Part shown: one piece after another, positions 9,299 to 16,737 of the stretch | Layout of the letters: the number at the start of each line of letters is the position of its first letter | How positions within the stretch are numbered: position 1 is the stretch's first letter | DNA from: a virus | Taxonomy: Duplodnaviria; Caudoviricetes | Direction: 5' to 3' (one strand) | Length of the DNA: 49,522 nt | IMG/VR virus record: IMGVR_UViG_3300020045_010094 | Location: 1-49,522 of that record | The notes under the pieces: generated by a model | Told to the model about the DNA's origin: nothing | The model's database searches: none | The model's input: the letters and a program-made list of their open reading frames with translations, nothing else | Program-made: the position numbers and the translations under genes

Positions 9299-10925
9299 TA
9301 CTTTTGATTTAGACAGCTTGGTCGATGAAACGCTTGTTCCTATGGATAGCGACGAGTTTGTGGCCGTTGACATGGTCAACGATGTAATTGAGCGCGCGCA
9401 TATTCGCGGCGTTGTGCCGGCCCTGGTTGCGCTGGAAATGGGGCTGCCTATTAATCATCACTCATGGTGGCGTGAGCCGACCGCTATTGAGGAGGATGTG
9501 GGGGATTACCGGGGGCTCAATCTTATGGGCCGCACCAGCAATGTGCTAACTGATTTCTCCAAATCGGTGGCAGCAACTATGCAGTTTAGGATTGACTCGG
9601 TTTACCTGCATGGATTGGGGGTAGTTAGCAGCGCGATGATCCGCAATTTTAGATACCTGCGCTTTGGCATACCGAAGCCGCCAGGGCTGTACACCATCGC
9701 AAGCCAGCCATCTGGCGCCGGCAAGTCAGGCGTTGATAGCTATCTGTCCGGACCGGTACGTAAGACTGTGCGCGGTTACAACGATCTTAATAAACCGAAG
9801 CGTGAAGAAGTGCGCATCCGCCTTGCCGAAAAGATGAAGGAGCGCGAGCGCAAAGGCACCGGCAAGAATGAGAGAGTCGCGATAGGCACCGATATCATCC
9901 GCATTGAGGATGAGCTCAAGGAGGTGCAGGAATACGTTTACGGTGTTACCGATGCAACCCCCGAAGGCCTTGAGGAAAAGTGCGTTGCTGTTAACGATGG
10001 CATGTTCACTATTGTCAGCGATGAAGCCGAGGCGGTTACGGTGCTGATTGGCGCCAACTACAGTGAAGGCCAAGCAAACCTTGGGATAATGCTCAACGGC
10101 TGGGAAGGTGGCCATCAGAACTCATTGCGGACAGGCCGCGGCGGTTATCGCGGCGATGTTTATGGTGCAATCGCGGTGCTTGCCCAAAAGACGGTTATTG
10201 ATGCAATCCTTAGTGCTGGTCGTGCAAATGCGGGTGGCAGTCGTGGAGCTGCGGAACGCTTCTTGGCGATTAGTGAGCCCGACAACTTCGACAACATGGA
10301 CGCGCACACCTACACCCCCATCAATGAGCAGCTTCGATCTGACTACAGAGAAACGATCCACAATATTTTTTATCAAGATCCAATCAGCATAGAGTTTTGT
10401 GCTGCAGGTGTGCATGAGCTCAACACGGTTAAGGCTAGATTGATCAACATGGTTAAAACCGGGGGCCGTTATAACGATAGCTTTATGCAGTCGGTCGCTA
10501 TCAAGGGTGACGTGCAGGTCGCGAAGATTGCCACTGTGTTACATGCGCTTGAAAACTGGTGTCCTGGTGGTGCCAAATCCAAGGTGATAAATGTGGACTT
10601 GATCAGGCAGGCTGAACACACATTCATGCAGTGCCTGAAATCGTTCGAGATTGCCGCCGATGAGCAAGGTGTGGCTGGTAAGAAAACGGAAATCAATGCG
10701 CTGATCAAAAAAATAAAATCGATGGCGCAAGACAAAAAGTATTATAACAGGCCGGTCAAATCTGCTAATTTTTGCGATAACGTCAAAGGTAATGTGCCAT
10801 TCAAGAATAAGCCTAACGTTATTAAAATGATTAAGGCGTTGCTGCCTGATTTGGAAAAGCTGAATTACATTGTTTACGATAAAGCCAATGAGCAAATTTA
10901 TATAAATCCGATGTTGAGGGATTGA
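9270..10925 (+). CDS. DUF3987/YfjI-like P-loop NTPase (putative replication helicase/initiator)
   Basis: 551 aa; QPSGAGKS Walker A, TDATPEGL, IVSDEAE Walker B, GAAERFL; similar proteins occur in T1-like phages. Confidence 0.8.
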   Translation: MQGEPAPNIDTFDLDSLVDETLVPMDSDEFVAVDMVNDVIERAHIRGVVPALVALEMGLPINHHSWWREPTAIEEDVGDYRGLNLMGRTSNVLTDFSKSVAATMQFRIDSVYLHGLGVVSSAMIRNFRYLRFGIPKPPGLYTIASQPSGAGKSGVDSYLSGPVRKTVRGYNDLNKPKREEVRIRLAEKMKERERKGTGKNERVAIGTDIIRIEDELKEVQEYVYGVTDATPEGLEEKCVAVNDGMFTIVSDEAEAVTVLIGANYSEGQANLGIMLNGWEGGHQNSLRTGRGGYRGDVYGAIAVLAQKTVIDAILSAGRANAGGSRGAAERFLAISEPDNFDNMDAHTYTPINEQLRSDYRETIHNIFYQDPISIEFCAAGVHELNTVKARLINMVKTGGRYNDSFMQSVAIKGDVQVAKIATVLHALENWCPGGAKSKVINVDLIRQAEHTFMQCLKSFEIAADEQGVAGKKTEINALIKKIKSMAQDKKYYNRPVKSANFCDNVKGNVPFKNKPNVIKMIKALLPDLEKLNYIVYDKANEQIYINPMLRD

Positions 10926-11122
10926 TTGTGAAAATTGACTGCGCCCCAGTTAGATTTGAGTGCTGCGATGAAAATAATGAGCTGGTTTTTATTGTTGACG
11001 CATTTGATGATGTATGTGCAACAGTTGAGATAAAAACCGTTGTTACAGTTGATTCATGGGAAATTATTAGCGCAGAGATTGCGTCCTGCCTTGAGTCCAT
11101 GAAATTAAAAAAACAGGATTGA
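10922..11122 (+). CDS. hypothetical protein
   Basis: 66-aa ORF after GAGG RBS. Confidence 0.55.
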   Translation: MIVKIDCAPVRFECCDENNELVFIVDAFDDVCATVEIKTVVTVDSWEIISAEIASCLESMKLKKQD

Positions 11123-11125
11123 TTT

Positions 11126-11269
11126 ATGCACCAATACAAAGTAGAGCTACACGTAAGTTTCGCAAAGCAAAAAACCGTGAGTGTGATGGCGGACAATCAC
11201 GCGCAGGCAAAATCGCGCGCAGAGCGTCAGCATAATATGATTGTGTTATCGACTGAGCTTGTTAAATAG
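11126..11269 (+). CDS. small hypothetical protein (47 aa)
   Basis: Manually translated MHQYKVELHVSF...; AGGA RBS. Confidence 0.55.
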   Translation: MHQYKVELHVSFAKQKTVSVMADNHAQAKSRAERQHNMIVLSTELVK

Positions 11270-11272
11270 TTG

Positions 11273-11301
11273 TTGCAATAGAGTTGCGGCTTGTGTAGGA
11301 T
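11273..11301 (+). promoter_or_regulatory. sigma70-type promoter of the tRNA/ncRNA island
   Basis: TTGCAA-17 nt-TAGGAT. Confidence 0.7.
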
Positions 11302-11314
11302 TGGTTTTGTTGTG

Positions 11315-11412
11315 AATGCGTAGGCGAAAGCGACTGTGATCTGTGGTGATAATCGATAGCACCCCTGCGCATTAAGAACCACCTACCCTCTCGGGTGGCA
11401 GTATCGAGAGGG
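11315..11412 (+). ncRNA. candidate structured RNA 5' of tRNA-Gly
   Basis: 10-bp stem 11315-24/11364-73 enclosing a GAAA hairpin and a second stem; possible pseudoknot GTGGT/ACCAC; 8-bp hairpin 11386-11412. Confidence 0.4.
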
Positions 11413-11417
11413 CCAAA

Positions 11418-11490
11418 GCGGGTAAGCACAAGGCGTGTCGCCAGCCTTCCAAGCTGAGCTGCAAGGGTTCGAATCCCTTTACCCGCTCCA
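11418..11490 (+). tRNA. tRNA-Gly (TCC) with atypical short D-arm
   Basis: GCGGGTA/TACCCGC acceptor stem, T discriminator, encoded CCA; anticodon loop CT-TCC-AA; T-arm AAGGG TTCGAAT CCCTT. Confidence 0.88.
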
Positions 11491-11513
11491 AATTTTATTA
11501 AAAGGAAATCATC

Positions 11514-11690
11514 ATGCAAACAGAATCATTACCGCTGCCAGAAGTAAACGAAATAACCGGCGTAGACTTATGGAAAAGCGAACTATTTGGCGCCGTGAAT
11601 AATCCGGCAACTTTTGAGCAGCTTTGGAATAGTGTGCCGACGCCAAAGCGTGACTGTGTTGTTTACGATTGGCCGGAAAACGCAAAGTAA
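11514..11690 (+). CDS. small hypothetical protein (58 aa)
   Basis: Manually translated MQTESLPLPEVNE...; AAGGA RBS. Confidence 0.6.
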   Translation: MQTESLPLPEVNEITGVDLWKSELFGAVNNPATFEQLWNSVPTPKRDCVVYDWPENAK

Positions 11691-11696
11691 AGAATT

Positions 11697-11787
11697 TGCC
11701 CGTTATGTGGAGTGGCGGGCATGCCCTTGATGCAATCGCTCACCGAGTTGGGCGCGGAAACGCGGGTGTGACAGCCGGAAAGACGGC
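11697..11787 (+). ncRNA. candidate multi-hairpin structured RNA
   Basis: Hairpins at 11697-11721 and 11738-11753, CGCG-GAAA-CGCG, GCCG-GAAAGA-CGGC; closing stem CATGCCC/GGGTGTG. Confidence 0.45.
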
Positions 11788-11817
11788 AACCAAACCACCA
11801 AACCAAAGGAAAACAAA

Positions 11818-12144
11818 ATGCGTAAAATCCACAATATTCTGCTCGACAATATCGACAACGGCGAGCGCGTTAAGGCCGTTGACATTATCAGCAAGGCGCT
11901 ATCAAAAGACTTCGGCAAATCCTGCGCAGTTTTTCAAGAAGGCCATTTCAGCGAGTGCGCTATTGAGGCGATACCGGCTAGCGTTTCGGTCTTTGTTATT
12001 GGTAAGCCGCATAAGGTTGATGTAACTACAGCAGATCACGAAGAAGCAACCTATTTAATCGTAAATCCATCCGCACCCCAGAGTGCGGCCCGCATGGCGA
12101 ACGGTGGGGAACAACCGGCGCAGCAGGTGGAGGCAAGTCGATAG
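11818..12144 (+). CDS. hypothetical protein
   Basis: 108 aa with AAGGA RBS. Confidence 0.65.
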   Translation: MRKIHNILLDNIDNGERVKAVDIISKALSKDFGKSCAVFQEGHFSECAIEAIPASVSVFVIGKPHKVDVTTADHEEATYLIVNPSAPQSAARMANGGEQPAQQVEASR

Positions 12145-12243
12145 CTTGTCCTGGTTTTAAGCGCGCGATCAAGTGGCGACCGGAATCCCCCGGCAACGCT
12201 GCAAAATAGGCCTGCCTTAATTCACCTTCGAACCTGCCGATTG

Positions 12244-12267
12244 GCCCACGTAATGGGCTTTATTTTT
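12244..12267 (+). terminator. intrinsic terminator
   Basis: GCCCA-CGTAA-TGGGC followed by TTTATTTTT. Confidence 0.65.
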
Positions 12268-12335
12268 GCCTATCTGGTTGCAATAGCGCCGCAAATACAC
12301 GAAAATAGGATTTTCAACAACAACGAGTAAAATAA

Positions 12336-12632
12336 ATGCCAGCATTTAACCCGAAGACAAAGCCCAGTGGTTTAGTTCTTGAAGCTATAGAGGCTGAAAC
12401 CGACCGCCTGTTTAGCACCTTCTCAATCGATTTTCTGAATAAGAAAACCGGTATTTCCAAGTCAACGCTTGGAAGCCACAAGTGCCGCCAGAAACTTTCC
12501 CCGCCAGCAGTTATCGCTATCTGCAAGATTAAGGACGTTAAGTCTGAGGGCTTCACCGAGTCCGGTTTGCGCCCCGATCTTGCGGCGCCTATCAACTACT
12601 GGAAAAACGACCGCGAGCGGATGAATTACTAA
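12336..12632 (+). CDS. putative Cro/HTH-like transcriptional regulator
   Basis: LNKKTGISKSTLGSH HTH-like segment and C-terminal LRPDL typical of Cro/YdaS-like proteins; own TTGCAA element (12278) and terminator. Confidence 0.55.
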   Translation: MPAFNPKTKPSGLVLEAIEAETDRLFSTFSIDFLNKKTGISKSTLGSHKCRQKLSPPAVIAICKIKDVKSEGFTESGLRPDLAAPINYWKNDRERMNY

Positions 12633-12666
12633 GCCGCTAGTCTAAAAGCAATCGCAGATTTACACG

Positions 12667-12693
12667 CTACGGCCTTGGTGCCGTGGATTTTTT
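12667..12693 (+). terminator. intrinsic terminator
   Basis: CTACGGC-CTTGGT-GCCGTGG followed by ATTTTTT. Confidence 0.55.
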
Positions 12694-12714
12694 CGCTCTG
12701 AATTTGGTGGTGCA

Positions 12715-13347
12715 ATGAAAGAGTTTATACATGGCAATATCAAGCTGCTGAATATGGATAACATGGAATACATGCGCACGGTGCCGGATAAGTATTTTGA
12801 TATTGCTTTAGTTGACCCTCCATATGGAATAGATGTAACTAAAATGAATATGGGCGGCAGGAAAACAGTTAAAAAGGACTCATCAAAATCATGGGACTCG
12901 TGCGCTCCTACCGATGAGTATTTTTTAGAGCTTTTCAGAATATCGAAAAGGCAGGTTATATGGGGGGGGGGGAATTACTTTAAATTGCCATGCAGTCAAT
13001 ATTTTGCAATTTGGGATAAGGGCGAGACAATGTACGGAAGAGATTTTGCCGAGTGCGAGTATGCGTGGGTAAGCTCTGGTGGCACGCGAATTTATAAAAC
13101 ATCACCTAATGATCTGTTTCGCATTCACCCCACCCAAAAGCCCCGTAAGCTCTACGACTGGCTGCTGACCAATTACACCAAGCCAGACCAAAAGATATTC
13201 GATAGCCACCTTGGCAGCGGATCAAGCGCCATTGCAGCGCATTACTTTGGCTGTTCTGAGTTTGTAGGGTGCGAGCTTGATTCGGATTACTTCGATGCAT
13301 CGGTCGAGCGATTCCAGATCGAAACCGCGCAGGAGTCTTTATTTTGA
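12715..13347 (+). CDS. DNA N6/N4-methyltransferase (beta class)
   Basis: DPPY catalytic motif, HPTQKP, FDSHLGSGSS SAM-binding motif. Confidence 0.9.
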   Translation: MKEFIHGNIKLLNMDNMEYMRTVPDKYFDIALVDPPYGIDVTKMNMGGRKTVKKDSSKSWDSCAPTDEYFLELFRISKRQVIWGGGNYFKLPCSQYFAIWDKGETMYGRDFAECEYAWVSSGGTRIYKTSPNDLFRIHPTQKPRKLYDWLLTNYTKPDQKIFDSHLGSGSSAIAAHYFGCSEFVGCELDSDYFDASVERFQIETAQESLF

Positions 13348-13469
13348 CCGCAATACAGCGCAAACCCGAATGGTTCAAACCCATAGACCCCTACGAATTC
13401 CAGTGGGAAATTTTCGAGAAAACCATTAACCATATCCGCACGACTTCGGAGCCTGGGTGTGCCAAATGA
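13344..13469 (+). pseudogene. truncated original 5' end of the helicase gene (41-codon leader ORF)
   Basis: TTG start with AGGAG RBS; PEWFKPIDPYEFQWEIFEKTINHIRTTSEP matches the helicase N-terminus at 20 of 30 residues. Confidence 0.85.
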
Positions 13470-14176
13470 TGGAAATAGTCACCAGAAAATATGCATTGGA
13501 AAATGGCCTAAGCCGTTACTTTACTGGCGAGCCATGCAAAAACGGACATATCGATGAGAGAGCCGTAAATAGAAGGTCATGCATATCCTGCACAAGGGAG
13601 AGGGCGGCAAGAGAATACGAGCAAAGAAAGGATTATTTCGCGATTCACAACAAAAGCGAAAAATCAAAAGCCGCAAAGAAAAAATACGATAGCCTTGATT
13701 CATCAAAGGATAAAAAAAGAATTAGCGCAAAAAATTTATACCATAAAAATATAGAAAAATTTAGAAAAGTCGCAATGAAAAAATATAATGCGATGACTGA
13801 AGATCAGCGAAAAAATATGAGGTTAACAAGGAAAAAGAAAAGGGAGTCGTGCGAGGCAACAAGGTGCATCAATACAATGCGGTGCATGCTTCATAGATAT
13901 TTTGTTTTTACCGGCGAGAAGAAGGCAAAGAGAACAGAGGAATTGCTTGGTTATTCAGCTGCGGAACTTAAGTCGCACCTAGAAAAAATGTTTGTAGGAA
14001 AAATGTCATGGTATAACCATGGAGACCTATGGGAAATAGACCACATAATTCCAATATCTGTTTTAGTTAAAAATGGCGAAAGAGATGCATCAAAAATAAA
14101 TTGCCTGTCAAATTTAAAGCCAATATTAAAAACTGAAAATAGATCAAAACAGGACAAGGTGCTAACACTACTATGA
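13466..14176 (+). CDS. HNH (homing) endonuclease
   Basis: N-terminal YFTGEPCKNGH...CISC motif; C-terminal WEIDHIIP...INCLSNLKPI...NRSK HNH motif; markedly AT-rich. Confidence 0.85.
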   Translation: MMEIVTRKYALENGLSRYFTGEPCKNGHIDERAVNRRSCISCTRERAAREYEQRKDYFAIHNKSEKSKAAKKKYDSLDSSKDKKRISAKNLYHKNIEKFRKVAMKKYNAMTEDQRKNMRLTRKKKRESCEATRCINTMRCMLHRYFVFTGEKKAKRTEELLGYSAAELKSHLEKMFVGKMSWYNHGDLWEIDHIIPISVLVKNGERDASKINCLSNLKPILKTENRSKQDKVLTLL

Positions 14177-16074
14177 GCGTTCCATTTAACCCCGATTGGT
14201 TTTTACCAATAACCCCATACGATTTCCAAGTTGAAATCTATAAAAAAACAATTGAGCACATCAGAAACAGTTCTGAGCCTGCATATATATACGGAAGTGT
14301 TAGTTGCGGAAAAACCATAATGCAGGCGATGCTTGCCAAGCATGCGCAGGTAGTTGCTGAGATAGCAAACAAGCAACAACTTAAAATTCTTTTCATAGCC
14401 AGAACTGGCGAGCTTGTAGAGCAAAACAGCGAAGAAATGTGGGGCATGGGGGCACAAAACAGTGTTTTCTCTGCATCGCTTGGAATCAAGAGAATTGCCT
14501 ATCCGGTTATTGTTGGAAGCGAGGGAACTGTGTGCAGGTCTTTGCATACAGCCCTTAAAGATTTTGTACCGGACATCATAGCCTGGGACGAGTGTCATCA
14601 GCTGCCGATAGATAATCCAGAAAGTCAAGGGATGATTATTTTTGAAGAGTTTAAGAAAAGAAAAATAGAGCAAAACACAAAATTAAATCGCTGCCCAATT
14701 AAGCATGGCATTAGAGTAATCGGCTACACCGGCTCCCCATTCCGTGGCGTGCAACCAATCAAGGGAAAATTCTGGAAACACCAAATCTATAAAATTGATA
14801 TGTGGGAACTGGTCGGCATGGGTTTCGTTCATGCGCCCGTGTTTGGCTTTGGCGATGATGAAGACCACTTCGATTTTTCGTCAATCGAAAAACCGGTTGA
14901 GGAAGGCACCGAAGACCTGAGCAAAGACCAGCTAAAGCAAATGGAAAAAATCATACTTGCCGACAAAGAAAAAATCCACGGCATCATGAATAAAATAATC
15001 CATTCTACCAAAGATCGAAATTGCGTATTGATTACCTGCTCTGGATCGAAACACATTAAAGAGTGCGCCGCGTTTTTGCCTGAAGGCAGCTATGCGATTA
15101 TCAACGAAAAAACCGCATACAAAGAGCGTAAGGCAATTAAAGAGGGCTGCAACAACGGCACTATCAAATACGTGCTGCAAATCGGCTGCTGGACGGTTGG
15201 CGTTAATATCCCGCCCATTGACACCATTGTCATACTGCGTCGCATAGGCAGCCTTACGCTGCTTATACAGTTGATTGGGCGCGGCATTCGCAAGCTGAAA
15301 GAGTATCACCATAAGCTTGGCATGGTTAAGCATGATTGCTTGGTGCTGGATTTTAGCGACACCATGGAAACCATGGGGGAAATGTTCAACGATCCAATCT
15401 TAGAGGCTGCTCAATTCGAGAAGGCTAAGCGCGATGATATGGAGCTGAAGAAGTGCCCGCGCTGTGAATTTATGAATGGTGAGTTCGCACGGCGCTGTAT
15501 GGGTGAGGATTTTCGGCCTAAAAAAATGCCACCGTTATGGCCGCACAAACCAAAAACAATGCGCATACGCAGGTTAATCCGCAAAGAAAAAGACGGGCGC
15601 TGCGGTTTTTTCTTTACCTCCAAAAAGTGCGAGCAATGCGGTGTCGAGAATGACGCTACCGCCAGAAGCTGTAGGCATTGCGATGCCATGCTGATCGATC
15701 CCAGCCTTAACCTAAACCGAAAGGCATACTCGGAAAACGACCTGCGCGAAGTTGTGGGGCACCAGATGCAGCTTACCACCAACATGAACGGCGTGATTAT
15801 CCAGTACCAGCTTGATAACGGTGAAGTTGCGACGGAAAAATACTTTCCTGGTAGCGACAGCAAAGTAGCCAAGGATATTTTTTGGAACAACTTCATATGC
15901 AAGCACGTAACACCGGCATGGAGATCAAAGTTTTGGGGCAAGCCTGCAAAGTTTGTGATTGCGCAAAAGGCCTTGTTTGACTGGCCGGTTAAGATAACGC
16001 ATAGGGTTAATGATAAGGGTGATTCTATTATTGCTCGGAAGGTTTTTAGTAGCGGGCGCACTGAGGAAAATTAA
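14173..16074 (+). CDS. SF2 DExH-box helicase (T1-like) with C-terminal zinc fingers
   Basis: SVSCGKT, DECH, TGSP and QLIGRGIR motifs; CxxC repeats at the C-terminus. Confidence 0.9.
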   Translation: MSVPFNPDWFLPITPYDFQVEIYKKTIEHIRNSSEPAYIYGSVSCGKTIMQAMLAKHAQVVAEIANKQQLKILFIARTGELVEQNSEEMWGMGAQNSVFSASLGIKRIAYPVIVGSEGTVCRSLHTALKDFVPDIIAWDECHQLPIDNPESQGMIIFEEFKKRKIEQNTKLNRCPIKHGIRVIGYTGSPFRGVQPIKGKFWKHQIYKIDMWELVGMGFVHAPVFGFGDDEDHFDFSSIEKPVEEGTEDLSKDQLKQMEKIILADKEKIHGIMNKIIHSTKDRNCVLITCSGSKHIKECAAFLPEGSYAIINEKTAYKERKAIKEGCNNGTIKYVLQIGCWTVGVNIPPIDTIVILRRIGSLTLLIQLIGRGIRKLKEYHHKLGMVKHDCLVLDFSDTMETMGEMFNDPILEAAQFEKAKRDDMELKKCPRCEFMNGEFARRCMGEDFRPKKMPPLWPHKPKTMRIRRLIRKEKDGRCGFFFTSKKCEQCGVENDATARSCRHCDAMLIDPSLNLNRKAYSENDLREVVGHQMQLTTNMNGVIIQYQLDNGEVATEKYFPGSDSKVAKDIFWNNFICKHVTPAWRSKFWGKPAKFVIAQKALFDWPVKITHRVNDKGDSIIARKVFSSGRTEEN

Positions 16075-16671
16075 ATGGCAACAGTAAAAAAGTCGGACAA
16101 AAAGTGGAGCGAGCAATCCATCGCAAGAGCCATCTGCATGCAGATATTTAAAGGCTCTTTGATGATGGTACCTAACTGCAATTGGACTGGGAATGAGTGC
16201 GATTTATTGGTTATCGATAAAACCCTTAGGATTATTGATCTTGAAATAAAAATAAGTAGGGCTGACTTTAAGTGCGATGCTAAAAAGGATAAATGGTGGT
16301 CTCATTATGACCGCGAGATCGATGGCAATATGAAGGCATGGAATGATGCTGGCAGGCCAAGGCGTGAACGCGAATGGCCAGCAAAAGTCTGGAAGCATTA
16401 TTTTGTTATGCCAAAGGAAATTTGGGATGATTCTCTGCTTGAATTTCTGCCATCCGAGGCTTGTGGCGTGCTGCTTATTAGCGAGCACCAAGGCGAAATA
16501 CATATCCGTGTGAAGAAACCAGCAAGGCCAAATACTAAGGCCGACAAGATAGCGCCTGAAACCTGTGTTGATATCGGTCGCCTCGCTGCTTTCCGTATGT
16601 GGGAGTCATTCCGTCGCTATGACCAGCTGCTAGAAGTTAATGAGCAATTACGCTTAAATCTATTGCAATAG
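16075..16671 (+). CDS. PD-(D/E)XK nuclease-like protein (MmcB-like)
   Basis: ECDLLVI...DLEIKISRADFKCD...YFVMP...GVL pattern. Confidence 0.7.
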   Translation: MATVKKSDKKWSEQSIARAICMQIFKGSLMMVPNCNWTGNECDLLVIDKTLRIIDLEIKISRADFKCDAKKDKWWSHYDREIDGNMKAWNDAGRPRREREWPAKVWKHYFVMPKEIWDDSLLEFLPSEACGVLLISEHQGEIHIRVKKPARPNTKADKIAPETCVDIGRLAAFRMWESFRRYDQLLEVNEQLRLNLLQ

Positions 16672-16691
16672 TATTGCAGCTTGTGTATGCT
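16663..16691 (+). promoter_or_regulatory. sigma70-type promoter
   Basis: TTGCAA-17 nt-TATGCT. Confidence 0.7.
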
Positions 16692-16737
16692 TGGCTTGTT
16701 TTACAAATTTAACCATTAATCAAACAGGAAAAGCATT

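Noticed and set aside
11418-11490. tRNA as attP evidence for a temperate lifestyle
   Set aside because: No integrase or CI-like repressor was recognised anywhere in the circular genome.
13344-14280. Group I intron or intein in the helicase
   Set aside because: The HNH ORF fills the whole insert with coupled start/stop overlaps, leaving no room for a ribozyme core. It is not in frame as an intein, and the downstream helicase is complete without splicing.
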